64,000 nt of DNA from Amoebophrya sp. A120 (lineage: Eukaryota; Protista; Dinoflagellata), in the NCBI GenBank assembly GCA_905178155.1, contig CAJINV010000001.1, positions 1,911,904 to 1,975,903 on the forward strand, written 5' to 3'. Made by a program: the position numbers and the translations under genes. The notes below the pieces were generated by a model. It saw nothing but the letters and a program-made list of their open reading frames with translations, ran no database searches and was not told the origin of the DNA. Shown here piece after piece: positions 25,553 through 38,626 of the stretch. The first letter of the stretch is position 1, and every line of letters starts with the position of its first letter.

Positions 25553-28500
25553 TTAGGCCCTCGACCCAGACCTTGACAGTATTTCCCGTGCATGGGCCCT
25601 GGACCCAGACGTTAGCGAGACGTGATCTTCCTGTAACTTTTCGTTCCATTGCGCGGTCAAATCCTCGTGATTCTTCATGAGCAACTTTGTCGTCGGCGAG
25701 AGCGGTCTCTCTTTCGGCGGCCGTAGCGCTTTCACTGAGTTCACGGCCGCGCCGGTAGGCAGGTCGTTTAATACACCTCCTGCCCGGTAGTTGTAGTGAC
25801 CCTCCGTGGTCTGCTGCTCTGCGAGACTCACCATGCCCACTCTTGTGGGCGTAAACGGGACGCGTGCGTACTCCACGCCGGGCGCTCGTCGGCTCATCAA
25901 GGGCGTGTTTTCCCGCGGGAACGCGGCGCCCGCGGTTTTCACCGCAGACCTTAAATCGCTCGCGACGTCGACGTGGTAGAGCCTCGAACTGGAGCTCGAC
26001 CCAAACCCCCCGGAGGGGGGCCCCGTTGTGGCGGAGCCGGCGCGCAAAGCGCTTTGCCCGGGTGTGGGCGTTCCTAAGGATGCGGTCTTCACTACGTGGG
26101 GTGGCTTGAGCGGCGAGGCACCAGCGTCGATCAGATAGGGCGATCGCTTTTTCCGTTGCTGCATCTTTTTATCTCGGCAGGGCGTGGGCGGTCTGTCCGG
26201 CCGGTGCTTGGCGGTCAGATTGTTCACGATATCCACCAACTCCTCCTCCTTCATCGGTTTGTTGGCGACATTCGGCGGCGACTGCGGACGCAAGTGGCTG
26301 ATGCCGTAGGTCTGATAGAGGTTCTTCACGTTTGAGGTCGACGGCCCTGCTGCACCTCCTGCTCCCATCGGGTTTGAACCCTGCTGCCTAGGTGTTTTGA
26401 TTAGCATCCGCGTCCTCTCGAGCTCCTCCTGATACTTCGTCGGCTGGTCATTGTCATAGGTCAAGTTCTCGGGTTGCAGTTGGTGCTGGTGCAATTCCAT
26501 TTGCTGTTTCAAAATTTCTGCATTCTTATTTTCAACAACGACCGACTGCTTTATTGGAGCCGGCTCGACGTGCGCTCGACCGGCGGAGGTTGTGACACCG
26601 AGTTTTCTCGGGTCTCGGCTCGATGGTGGTTTTCTCTCCGTGATTCCGTCTACAGTGGTAGAAGACGAAGCAATTTTCTGCAACTGCTTCTGCACCTGGT
26701 TCAGCTCGGCTTTTATTTGCTCTTTGTGGAGATTCCGGGCGGCTTCGGAGTTGTGATTTCTGTTGGAAATGACATTCGCAGAATGTGGCGACTTCGCTCC
26801 TGCGGTGTTAGCTGTGCCACCAACTCTCTCGCGCGCCTCCGCGACGGCGGAATCTCGGATTGACCTCGGAGGCTTGTTGTCAATGCGCGGCTTCACCGCA
26901 GTGTAGTCTACTTTGTTCCAGCCCATCGGCGGTCGTTCGACCGGAACCGATTTGCTACGCTCAACGAGGCTGGGTTGCTGGGTATTTTGATTTTGATGTT
27001 CCATCTTGTTCGCAACAGCTTTGTAATTTGTCACCGCCGCGGGCTGCACGGCAGCACCTAGCGACGTTGACAAGGAAGCTTTGTAGGCTGCGATGTTGCC
27101 ACCTTGTTGTGTATTGGAGGTCGAGGTGGAGGTTGGTGGCCCGGTTGGCGCCTTTGGCTTAGCGGCTGAAGTTGGTGGATTTGAAATAGACCTTGCAGGA
27201 GGAGGGGGTTGCGGCGGTGCATTGGTTATGTTCACAGGTAGTTGCTTGCTGTTTTCTGAAGCTGCTCCACCCCCATTCGACGTCCCTGCCTTGCCATTCG
27301 CCATTGGGTCGTCAATGCTCGAAACTCGTGTGGCAACCTGCAACCGGGTGTCGCTGCTCCAGGAGCCGCGCCCGCTGGTGCTGCGCCCGAAGGTTCCCCC
27401 GCCGGGCACGGAGGAGCCAGAGCCGACCTTGGCGCTCTTGCTCGAGCTTTTGTTTCTGTCACTCCCATCGTCGTCTTTATTTCTGTCTGCATCGTCCGTC
27501 CCGGAAGCTGCACTATCTTCGTCGGATTTATTTTTGCCGTTTGATGTCCCACCTCCGAGTCGGGACTCTGTCGCGCTCTTGTAGATGTTGATGGTTTTCC
27601 TCATCAGGTCTTGGGAACTCTGTCTCGAGGATTTCAGCAGGATTTCCTTTGACCTATCCAGCATCGGAATCCGGGGCCTGCCCAGCCGCGCTGCCGCCTC
27701 CTTCTGGTACCGCACCCAATCGGGCTGCTCCTGCCGATACTGCCGCAAAAAGTTTCCGTACGTACCGCACCTTAACCGCGGGTCGCTGCTGTTCGCATCC
27801 TCTTTCGGGACGAAAAACACCGGTTTTTGCAAGGGTTTTCGCACCTTCGCCGCCAGCGTCTGCATCTCCTCCGCCCGCTTGCCCGTGACGTCCCCAGAGC
27901 CGAAGCTCACGGCGACGGATTGACTTCTTTTGTTCATCCCGTTAGAAGTATTTCTCATCGGGGATAAAGAAGAACTCGTCCTGGTGTCGTCGTCCAGAGA
28001 GGACGTTATCGAGTTTCTCATTGGGGTCGCGGGCCTACTATTTGCCGTTCCACCGGGCACTGGCGTCCCGCTCCTCCTGTACACTTCCATCTCATGCTTT
28101 TGCTTCGCGATCCTCGCCTCGTCTTCTGCCGTTCCCAACGACTGCGCGCGTTTCCCAAAGGTCCCGCGATCTGACTCCCCGGAGGATCCCGCGGACGTGG
28201 AACCGGAGAAGAAACCGCGGTCCTCGTTGTCGTTGCCAGTTCCCGAATGATCTGGCCCGATCGGATACTCCAGCGTCCGATCATTCACGACCTTCTTTTT
28301 GTTCTTGATGGCGTTCAAGGCCGCGCCGGTCGCGGAGGACAAGGTCTTGCTCATCTCGCGGACGTCGTCCAGCCTGGAAGCTTCCTGCAACGCGCTTGGG
28401 TAAAAAGCCGTGGGGTCGCCCAACTCTTGCCGGATTTTCGTTTTCTGACTCGCGCTCATCTTCTGGTACACCCCGGGAATCTGGTCCTGGCTCATGGCGT

Positions 28501-29602
28501 TGGATGTTCCCAGCTGGAACTGCCCGCCGGGGTGCAGCACTCGGACGAGGTGAAACTTGTCCGCGAAATTGACAGGGAGATTCTCCGTTTTTCCGATTAC
28601 CAGAAAGCCGCCGGTGCGCAGCCGGTCCACGAGCTTGGTCAGGTGGTGCCAAAGGTTCTCCTTCGTGTAGAGGACCAGCGCGTAGCGGCAGGTAATCAAA
28701 TCGAACGGCCCCTCCGGCATCTCCTTGCGGTTGTCCTGTTGTAGTTTTTGGTTCAGATCAGTGATGTGTTGAAGTTTTTAGCGCTACAACTCGAAAGACG
28801 AAGGAAGAATCGCGAGTTCGAAAAATTATGTGCAATTTACGCCAGAACGAACCGAATAGCTCTAATTTAGACCATGAATTCTATCCGCAAAAACATATAC
28901 CTGTTGCACGAATTCCACCATCCTCCTGACCGGCGAATCCGCACGCAGATGCCTGGATGTCGTATTGCCCGCCGCGCTCCCCGCGCCCTCAAATTTCTCC
29001 CGGCGCGCCGCCCGAAACGCTTCCGCGCCGGAAGCCGCGGCAAGTTCGCGCGTCTCGCGTTTCATGGTCCCGCCTAACGCCTGGTGGTCCTTGTTGACGG
29101 ACTCCAAGGCCGCGGGGATCGGTAAGCTGTAGGGCCTCGTTGTTTGCTGGTCGAAAAAGACTTCCTGCCAGTCCTTCGGGATGACGGAGACGGAGTGGTT
29201 TTCGTACTGGCCCCGTTTACACGCGGCGATGACGTCGGCCGAGATGTCGGTCCCGATCACCTTCAGATTCAGTTCGGGGAAGATATTTTGAAATCTCTGC
29301 AGCCACATCATCCGCATGAAATACACCTCCTCCCCGGAGCTGCACCCGCAGGACCAGACTTCGAGCCGTTGCCGGTTCCGGTCCTTGCTGGCTATGGCGG
29401 ATTTGGCCAATTCCCAGAGCACGACGTCAGACACACCGATCCAGATATCCGGATCGCGGTTGAACTGGGAGTGGTTGCTCCATTGGGTGCCGACCTTCCG
29501 CCCAATCTGCGCCGTGGATTCCGCATGGTGACCAATTGGAGGGAGTCTCGGAGTGACGGCGGCGGGGCCGTCTTTCACTTGTCGTTGGACGATTTTCAAC
29601 AT
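25553..29602 (-). CDS. CheR-like SAM-dependent methyltransferase domain fused to a ~1000-aa disordered tail
   Basis: SQFNRD, VWSCGCSSGEEVY, IGTDIS, VEFVQQD, FDLITCRY and LRTGGFLVIGKTE occur in CheR motif order. A GT-AG intron at 28736-28900 joins the two ORFs in frame. Confidence 0.8.
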
Positions 29603-30654
29603 GTTGTTTTAGAATACTTTTGTTCCTGTGAGTTATGTGCAATGATTAACGAAAAAGTGTGTGGAGCGGCAAATGGAAAAAGCCTGAATCGGGATCACGA
29701 AAAAGGCATAGGGGAAAATGGGTTGTTGGTGGAAAGCGAGAAGCTACATACAGATCACAGAGACAGATCCGTCATTAGGTAATACCAAGGTTGTAGTACA
29801 TGGGTAAATGGTTAGATGACTTTGTGAGTTCCTGGATGTTATGGTGATGGCGATGGGTTACGCAACATAGAAAATTTATGTCTGTGTTAGGGTGACAAGA
29901 TCAAGAAAGATGTTGATGTGCTGGACGTCACAACCTTTGACGATGGGTAGACCACCTTCATATGCACCAGGCGGAAGGGTGAAATAGACTACTACGAAGA
30001 CTACGCACGATATCACCATGGACGAAACGACAACGAGGGAAGGGTAAGAAACGAACGACGAACGCAACGAGTGCGTCCGCGCCAGCACGATCAGCATGAT
30101 CATGGAAACGTAAACGACAAGCGGGCACACTTCTAGTATAAATATATGATGTGCTGCTCCTCCTGCATCAGTCTCGTACATTAGAAGGTAGCAGGCATAT
30201 TATAAGGCAACCGATTGCTTTTCTGTTTTCCGTGCCTGGCTTCTGCAACCGATTTGTTTTCAATTTCTCTCGTCAGCGTCATTGCAGCGAATAACACAAC
30301 TACTGCGTCGGGGACTAGCATCCGGGCGGCAGATGACTTTATCTTTAATAGCTAGTGTCGCTGGAGGGAAAATAAACTCCCTCATCCTTAGATCGCCGGT
30401 GGTCTTTATTGTCAGAAGAAAATTATTTCTGCTTCTGCAGCACCGGTCTTGGATGACTGTCTTAGAGTTGGTTGTGGTCGTTCAGCCCAAATACAAAGAG
30501 AGACAGGGCATGGGTAGTTTCTGAAGGAAATGAAGTATTCAGCAGAGGTCGACGAGGTGGTCCAGCTTCAGGATAGAAAAGCAAAACTCGAGTGCTAGCA
30601 AACGCAAATCCGCGACAAGAAGATGGATCCTCGGGTCGGGGAGCTTCATTTTCA

Positions 30655-30805
30655 TCATTTGTTCTGTTCCTTTTTCACTTTTTGTTTTTTGCCTCCTCCT
30701 TGTTTTTTCGCCGAAGCGGCTGAACTTGCAGAGGATGAGTTCCTATTCGACTTCGACGCATCAGGCTTTTCTTTGTTACTCTTTTTTCCGCTGCTCTTAA
30801 CAGAA
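30655..30805 (-). CDS. Lys/Ser-rich C-terminal fragment of a gene whose body lies in the A-rich tract
   Basis: ...KSGKKSNKEKPDASKSNRNSSSASSAASAKKQGGGKKQKVKKEQNK* with TGA at 30655-30657. Confidence 0.45.
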
Positions 30806-30807
30806 GC

Positions 30808-31690
30808 AAAAAAAAATAAGAATAAAAAATATACATATCAATAAAAAAATACATAAAAAAAATAAAAAAAATAAAATTTAACTAAAGATAAAGAATCAAA
30901 AAGAAGAGAAAAATAAAAAAAAAATAAGTCAAAGTCAAAAAAAATGAAAAAAAAATAATACAAATAATAAATGAACAGAAAAATCAAAAAAAAAAAAACA
31001 AACAAAAAAAACAAAAAAATGCTAAAATCAAAAAAAAAATACAAAACATACAAAAAAAAAAAACAAAAAAATAAGTAAAAAAAAACAAATGAAAAAAAAA
31101 AAAAAAAACAATTATAATAAAAAATACAAAAATAAAAAAAAAACAAAAAAAAGACAAGAACCAAAAAAAGAAAAAAAAAAAAAAAAAAAAAAAAAGACAG
31201 CAAAAAAAAATAGAAAAGAAAAACAAAGATGAAAAAAAAGAGAAATAAAAAAAAAAACATCACAAACAAGTAAAAATAAAAAAAATAATAAAAAAAAAAA
31301 TAATAAAAGAACACAAGAAAGGAATAAAAATCAAAAAAAATAGAAAATAAAAAAACAAAAAAGAAAAAAAAAAAAAAAGAAAATAAATAAAAGATAAAAA
31401 AAAAAAAAAAAATAGAAAAGAAAAAGAAAAAAAGAAAAAGATAAAAAAAAAAAGAACAAAAAAAAGAAAAATTAAATAACAAATAAAAACAAAAAAAAAA
31501 AATAGAGTAGCAAAACATAAAAACAAAAAAACAAAAAAAAAAAAATAAAAAAAAAAAAATCCACAAAATAAACAAGAAAGCGCAAAAAAAAAAAAACAAA
31601 AAAAAAAAAAAAAAAAAAAAACAAAAAGAAAGAACAACAAAAAAAAAAAATAAAAAAAACAAAAAAAAAAAAACAAAAACAAAAGAACCG

Positions 31691-31722
<32 letters not shown>

Positions 31723-32450
31723 AAAAAAAAAAATAAAAAAATAAACAAACAAAAATTAAAAAAAAAATATAAAAAAAAAAGAAGAAACTAAAAAAAAAAA
31801 AAATGAGAAAAAAATAAAAAAAAAAATAAGAAAAAAAAAATACAACAAAAAAAAAAAAAAAATAGAAAAATAATGAAAATAAAAAAACACAAAAAAATAA
31901 AAAAACAACAAAAAACATAACAAGAAAAAAAAAAAAAAAAAAAGAAATTATAAAAAAAAATAAAAAAAAAAAAACAGATGAAAAAACAACATAAAAAAAC
32001 AAAAAAAGAAGACAAACAGAATAAGCAAGAAAAATAAAAAAAATCAAAGCAAAATGCCAAAGAAAGGAAGAAAGAAAAGAAAGAAATAAAAAAAAAAAAA
32101 AAAAACAAAATAAACGAAAAAAACAAAAAAAAAAAAAATATAAATAAGAAAAAAAAAAAACAAAAAAATAAAAAAATAAATGAAATAAAAAAAGAAAAAA
32201 AATAAAAAACAAACAAGAAAAAAAAAAAAAAAAAAAAAAGAAAAAAAAATTAGTAAAGAAAAAAAGAAATAAAGAAAACATAAAAAAATCTGAAAAAATA
32301 AGTAAAAAAAAAAAGAAATAAAAAAACAAAAAAAAAAATAAAAAAAAAAAAACAAAAAAAAATTAAAAAAAAAAAAAAACAATAAAGAAAAAAAAAAAAA
32401 AAAAGAAAAGAAAAAACAAACACATAAAAAAAACGGAAAAAAAAAACTAA

Positions 32451-32481
<31 letters not shown>

Positions 32482-34019
32482 AAAAAAAAAACATAACAAC
32501 ATAGGAAAAAAAATCATAAAAATAGAAAAAAAAGAAAAAAACAAAATAATAATTATACAAAATAAAAAAAAAAAAATTGATAAAAATAGAAAAGAAAAAT
32601 AAAAAAAAATACAAAAAAAAAGAAAAAACAAAAAAAAAAACAAAAAAAAAAAAATATAAAAAAAAAAAAAGAAGAAAATACAAATAAAAAAAAAAAAAAT
32701 TAAAAATAAAAAAAAAATTTAATGAAATAGAAGAAAAAAAAAAGAAAAAAAAAAAAAAAACAAAAACAACAAACATAAAATTAAAATAAAAAAAAAAAAA
32801 AAAATAAAAAATAAAAAAATACGAAAATAGAAAAAAAGAAAAAAAAAAACCCAAGAAATCAGAAATACAAAAAAAAAAAAAAAAAACAAAAAAAAAAAAA
32901 AGAAAAGAAAACAACAAAAAAAAAACACAAAAAAAAAAAGTTCAAAAAAAAAAGAAAAAAAATAAAAAAAAAAAAAAGATAAAAAAAAAAAACAAAAAAA
33001 AAAAAAAAAATAACATCATAAAAAAAACAAAAAAAATTAAAAAAAAAAAAAAAAAACAAAAAACAAAAAAAAAAAAATTACAAATAAAACAAAAAAAAAA
33101 AAACAAAAAAAAAAAAAAAAAAAAAGAACGTAAAAAAAAAAAATAACAATAGAAATAATAAAAAAAAAAAAAGACTAGAAAAAAAAAACAAAAACAAAAA
33201 TAACCAAATAAAAACAATAAAAAAAAAAAATATAAAGAAAATAGAAAAAAAGAAAAAAAACAACAAAGGAAAAAAAAACAAAAACAAAAAAAAAAAATAA
33301 GAAAAAAAAAAACGAATAAAAAATCAAAAAAAAAAAAAAATAAAAAAAAAAATACAAAAGTTAAAAAAGTAATAACAAAAAACAAAAAAAACAAAAAAAA
33401 GAAAAAAAAATAAAAAAAAAAACAAAAAAAAAAAAAACAAAAAAAAAAAAAAACATATTTAAAACAAAAGAAAAAGAAAAAACAACAAAAAGAAAAGAAG
33501 AGCAAAAAAAAATATACATATCCTAAAATAAAAAAACTGAAAAAAAAAAACCATAAAAAAGAAGAGAAGAAATTGATAAAAAAAAAGAAGAAAAATTAGA
33601 TAATAAAGAATAAACGAAAAAAAAAAAGAAAAAAAAATGCAAAAAAAAAAAAAAAAAAAAATAAAAAAAAAAAAAAAAAATAACAGAAACAAAAGAATAA
33701 CAATCAAAAACAAGAAAAAAAAAAAAATAGAAAAAAAAAAAAAAGAAGTAAAAACCAATAATCAAAATAAAAAAAAAAAAAAAATAAAATAAAGAAAGAT
33801 AAAAAACAAATGAAAAAAAAAAAGAAAAAAAAAAAAAAAAAAACAAGTCCACAACAATAAAAAAAAAAAATAAAAAGACAAAAAGAAAACAAAAAATAAG
33901 AAAAAAAAACTCCACAAACAAAAAATAAAAAATAAAAAATACAAAATAAAAATGCAAAAAAGAAAAAACAAAATATGAAAAAAAGAAAATGGAAACAACA
34001 AAAAGAATAATAAAAAAGA

Positions 34020-34056
<37 letters not shown>

Positions 34057-37000
34057 ATAAAGATAGTAAAAATAAAAAAAATACAAAAAAAAAAAAGAGA
34101 ACAAGGAAAAATTAAAAAATACATACTACAAACACAATAAGAAAAAAAAAAAAAAAAAATAAGAAAAACAAAAAAAAAAAATGAAAATCCAAAAATCAAA
34201 GCAAAAAGATGAAAAATATTGAACACAAAAAAAAAAAAAAAAAAGAAAAAAGGAACAAAAAAAAAAAAAAAAAAGAGATCAAGAGAAAAAAAAGAAAAAA
34301 AAAAGAAACAAGAAAAAAAAAAAAAAAAAAAAAACAACACAATAAACGAAACTATTATTTAAACTAAAAAAACAAAATAAAAAAAAAGAAACAAAAAAAA
34401 AAAAAAAAAAAACAACAAATTCATGTAAAAAACTAAAATCAAAAACTTAAAAAAAAAAAAGAAAAGATAGAATAAAAATAAAAATAACACAAAAAAAAAA
34501 AAAAAAAAAAAAATAAAATAAAATAAAAAAAAAAATAAAAAAGGAACAAAAAAAACAAAAAAAAAAAAAAGAAAATAGAAAAGAAAAAAAAATATTGAAA
34601 ACAAGGAAAAAAAAATAAAGAAAAAAGAAAAAAAAGTAAAAAAAAACAAAAACAAAAACGGAAAAAAAAAAAAAAAAAAACGCAACGTAAACAACAAAAA
34701 ACAAAACAGAAAAAAACAAAAAAAAAAAGAAAAAAAGAAAAAAAAAAGAAACAAAAAAAAAAATAAAAAAAAAATTTTGACATAAATAATAAAATAATAA
34801 AAAAAAAGATGAAAAAAAAAAAACAAATAACAAAAAAAACAAAAACATAAGAAACGAAAAAAAAAAAAAATAATAATCCAAATAATAAAAAAAAAATAAA
34901 TTAACGCAAAAAAAAAAAAAAAAAAAAAAAAAATCTACTAAAAAAATAAAAAGAAATAAAGCAGAAAACACAAAAAAAAAAATATAAAACGAATAAAAAA
35001 AAAAAACCAAATAAATGAAAGCAAAAACAAAAAAAACAAAAGACGAACTACCAAAGAAAAAAAAAAAAAAAAAAAAAAGAAAAGAAATAAAAAAAACAAA
35101 AAAAAAAGAAAAAAGAACACAAGAAAAAAAAAAAAAAAAGAAAAAAAAAAAATAATAAGAAAAAAAAAAAAAAAAGCAGAAAAAATAGTAAAGCAAACAG
35201 CAAAAAAAAGAAAAAAAAAAAAAAAAGAAAAAAAAAAAAAAAAGAAAAACAAAAAATAACAATAAAATAAGTAAAAACAAAGATACAGAAAACAAAGAGA
35301 AAAAGAAAAAATAATAAAAACAAAAAATAATAAAATCCAATTAAATAAAATAAAAAAACAACAACAAAAAAAAAGAAAAAAAAAAAATAAAAATACAAAC
35401 AATAGTAAAAATTAAAATTATAAACAAAAAAAAAAATAAACTAAAAAAAAAAAAACAAAATACAAAAAAAAATATAAAAAAAAACAGAAAATAAAAAAGC
35501 AATACCACAAAATAGAAATAAAAAAAAAAAAAACGAAAAAAATAAAAAAATAAAGCAAAAAATAAAAAATCCAAAAGAAAAATAAAATAAAAAAAAAAAA
35601 AAAAGGAAACAAAAACAAAAATAAAAAAAAAAAAAAAAAAAAAATCATAAAAAAAAAATACCGCAAAACTTAAACACAAAAAAAAAAAAAAAATAAACTT
35701 CAAAAAATCCAAATGAAAAGACAAAATAAAGTAAATAAAACCAATACAGAAAAAAAAGAAAAAAAAAAAAAGAAAGAAAAAATAAAAATAAAGATACAGA
35801 ATAAGGAAAAAAAAAAAAAAAAAAAAGAAAAAGAAAAAAAAAAAATACAAATTATGCAACAAAAAAAAAAAAATTAACATAAAAAAAAGAAAAAAAAAAA
35901 AAATAAAAAAATCAAAAAAAAAAATGAAAACATAAAAAAAAAAATAAAAAAAAAAAAACAAAAAAGAAAAGTAAAAAAAAATACAAGACAAAAAAAATAA
36001 TACATAAAAAATAATAAAAAGAAAAAAAAAAGAAAAAGAAAATAACACAAAAAACAATAAAAACTACACAAAAGACAGAAAAAAAGATAAAAAAAAAAAG
36101 CAAAAAAAAAAAGATAAAAAGAAAGAAAGGAAAAAAAAACAAGAAAATATAGAAAAAAAGAAAAAACAAATAAAAAATAAAAAAAAAACAAAGAAATAAA
36201 AAAAGAAAAAGAAAAAATAAAAAAAAAAAAAAAAAACCTAAAAACCAAACAACAAAAAAAAAACAGCAAAAACAAAAAGCAAAATAAAAAAAAAAAAGAA
36301 AAAATAAAAAAAAAAGACAAAAAAAAAACAAAAAAAAAAAAAAAAAAAAAAAAAATAGAAATAAAAAACACAAAAGAAAAAGAAAAAAAAAAACAAAAAA
36401 AAAAAAAACCAAAAAACGAAAGAAAAAACAACAATAAAATAAAACAAAAAATAAAAGAAAAAGAAACAAAAAAAAATCATGTTGAAAAAAAAAGAAAACA
36501 AAAAATAAAAAAGAATAAAAACAAAACAGACACAAAAAAGAAAAAACATAAAAATATTAAAAAAAAAAAAAAAAAAAAAACAACCAACAACAAAAAAACC
36601 AAAAAAAAAAGAAAAAAAAAAGGAAAAAAAAAAGAATATAAAAAAAACAAAATGAAAAATACCAAAGAAAAAAAAAACACAACCGGCAATCAAAAAAAAA
36701 AAAAAAAAAAAAAAAGCAAAAAAAAAAAAAACAGAAAACAAAAAAAAAAAAGAAAAGAAAAAAAAAAACACTGAAATAAGATACAAAGCAAGACAAGTTT
36801 TAAAAAAAAAAAAAGTAACGAAAAAAAAAAAAAAAAGAGAATTAAAAAAAAAAACAAAAACAAAACAAAGCGGAAACGCAAAAAAGAAATAAGAAAAAAA
36901 AAAAAATAAAATAACAAAAATAAAAAAAATAAAAAAAAAAAAAAAAATAAAGTTAAAAATAACAGAAAAATTAAAACAAAAATGAAAAAAAGACAGCAAC

Positions 37001-37416
37001 AAAAAAAAAAAAAAAAAAAAAAACAAAAAAAAAAAAAAAAAAAAAAGAAAAAAAAAATAAGGAGAAAAAGAAAAAAACAAAAAAAAAAATAATAAAAAAA
37101 AAAGAACAACAACAGAAGAAAAAAAAAAAAAGAACACAACAGGAAAAAATAAAACATAAAAAAAAAAAACAGAGAAGCCAGAAAAAGAAAAAAAAAAAGA
37201 AGAAACAAAAAAAAATAAAAAAACATAAAGAAAAACAAGAAAAACAAAAAACAAGAAACAAAAAAAGAAAAAAAAAAATAGAAAGTACAAAAAATAAAGA
37301 AAAACAAGGATAAAAAGAATGACACAGTACAAAAAATAAAAAAAAAAAGAAAAAAGAAAAACAAAAGCAAAAAAAATACAGATACAAAAAAATAAAAAAA
37401 AAAAAAAAAAGACAAA

Positions 37417-37453
<37 letters not shown>

Positions 37454-37935
37454 AAATAAACAAAAAAAAAAAAAAAAAGTAAAAAGAAAGAAGAACAATA
37501 GAAAGAAATAAAAATGAAAAAGTAAAAAAAACATAATTAAACAAAAAAAAAGAAAAAAAAAAACGAAGAAAATGAAAAGAATAAAACTAAGAAAAAAAGT
37601 AAAAAAAAATTCAAAGCAAAAAAAAATAAACAGAAAACATAAGGAAAAAAAAAAAAAAAAAAAATAAAATTTAAAAAAATGAAGATAAAAAAAACAAAAA
37701 AAAAAAAAAAAAAAACAACAAATCAAAAAACAAATAAAAAAAAAAAAAAAAAAAATAAAAAAAAACAAAAAAACAAATAGAAGAAAAAAATAAAAGACAC
37801 AACAAAAAAAACACAATTAAAAAAAGAAAAAAAAGGAAACAAAGCTAAAGCATAAAACAAAACAACGAAGAAAAAAAAAAAAAAAACAAACAAGACTACA
37901 AAAGATAAAAAAGAAAAAATAGACACAACAAATAG

Positions 37936-37967
<32 letters not shown>

Positions 37968-38391
37968 AAATCAAAAATAAGACAGAAAAAAAAACAGCAA
38001 AAAAAAACATAACAGAAAAAGAAAACGAAAAAAAAAGAAAAAAGAAATACAAATAAAAAAAAAAAAAAGATAGAAACGAAATAAACAAAAACTAAAAAAA
38101 AAAAAAAAAAACAGAAAAACAAAAAAAGAAAAAAAAAAAAAAAAAAAAACAAAAAATATTAAAAAAAAAAAAAAATAAAACGATAATAAGAATAGATAAA
38201 ACAACAAAAAAAAACAAAAAAAAAAAAACGAAAAAAAAAAAAGAGAAAAAACAACAAGAAAAAAAACAAAAGAAAAAAGCAACAACAACTGCTAAAACAA
38301 CAAAAAATACGAACAAAGAAAAAAAAAAAATCAAACAAGAAAATGAAACGGAAGAGAAAAAAAAAAAATAAAAAAAGCTTCAGAAAAACAA
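30808..38391. repeat. 7.6-kb extremely A-rich aperiodic tract, probable sequencing/assembly artefact
   Basis: Very A-dominated, no repeat unit, abrupt borders inside coding-like sequence, and it replaces the expected left TSD of the 38392 element. Confidence 0.8.
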
Positions 38392-38626
38392 TATGGCGTT
38401 CTCAACTGTTACATTCTCAGCTGTTACATGATTTGTCATGCAAATTTGCCACCAAGATCGCCACGATTAAGCTGCTTCGCATGACAAATATCCGAAGGGC
38501 TAAACAGCATCTAACTCCGTGCCAAATTTGTAATGCAAAAGGCGCAATCTTCCCCCTTTCACTTTCGCCTTTCTTGCATTACAAATTCATGTAACAGTTG
38601 AGAATGTAACATTTGAGAACGCCATA
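38392..38626. mobile_element. Introner singleton (235 bp, 39-bp TIR)
   Basis: tatggcgttctcaactgttacattctcagctgttacatg versus catgtaacagttgagaatgtaacatttgagaacgccata (2 mismatches); right flank agctg, left copy absent. Confidence 0.85.

Noticed and set aside
30838-38334. Dozens of poly-Phe ORFs
   Set aside because: By-product of the A-rich tract; no coding signal.
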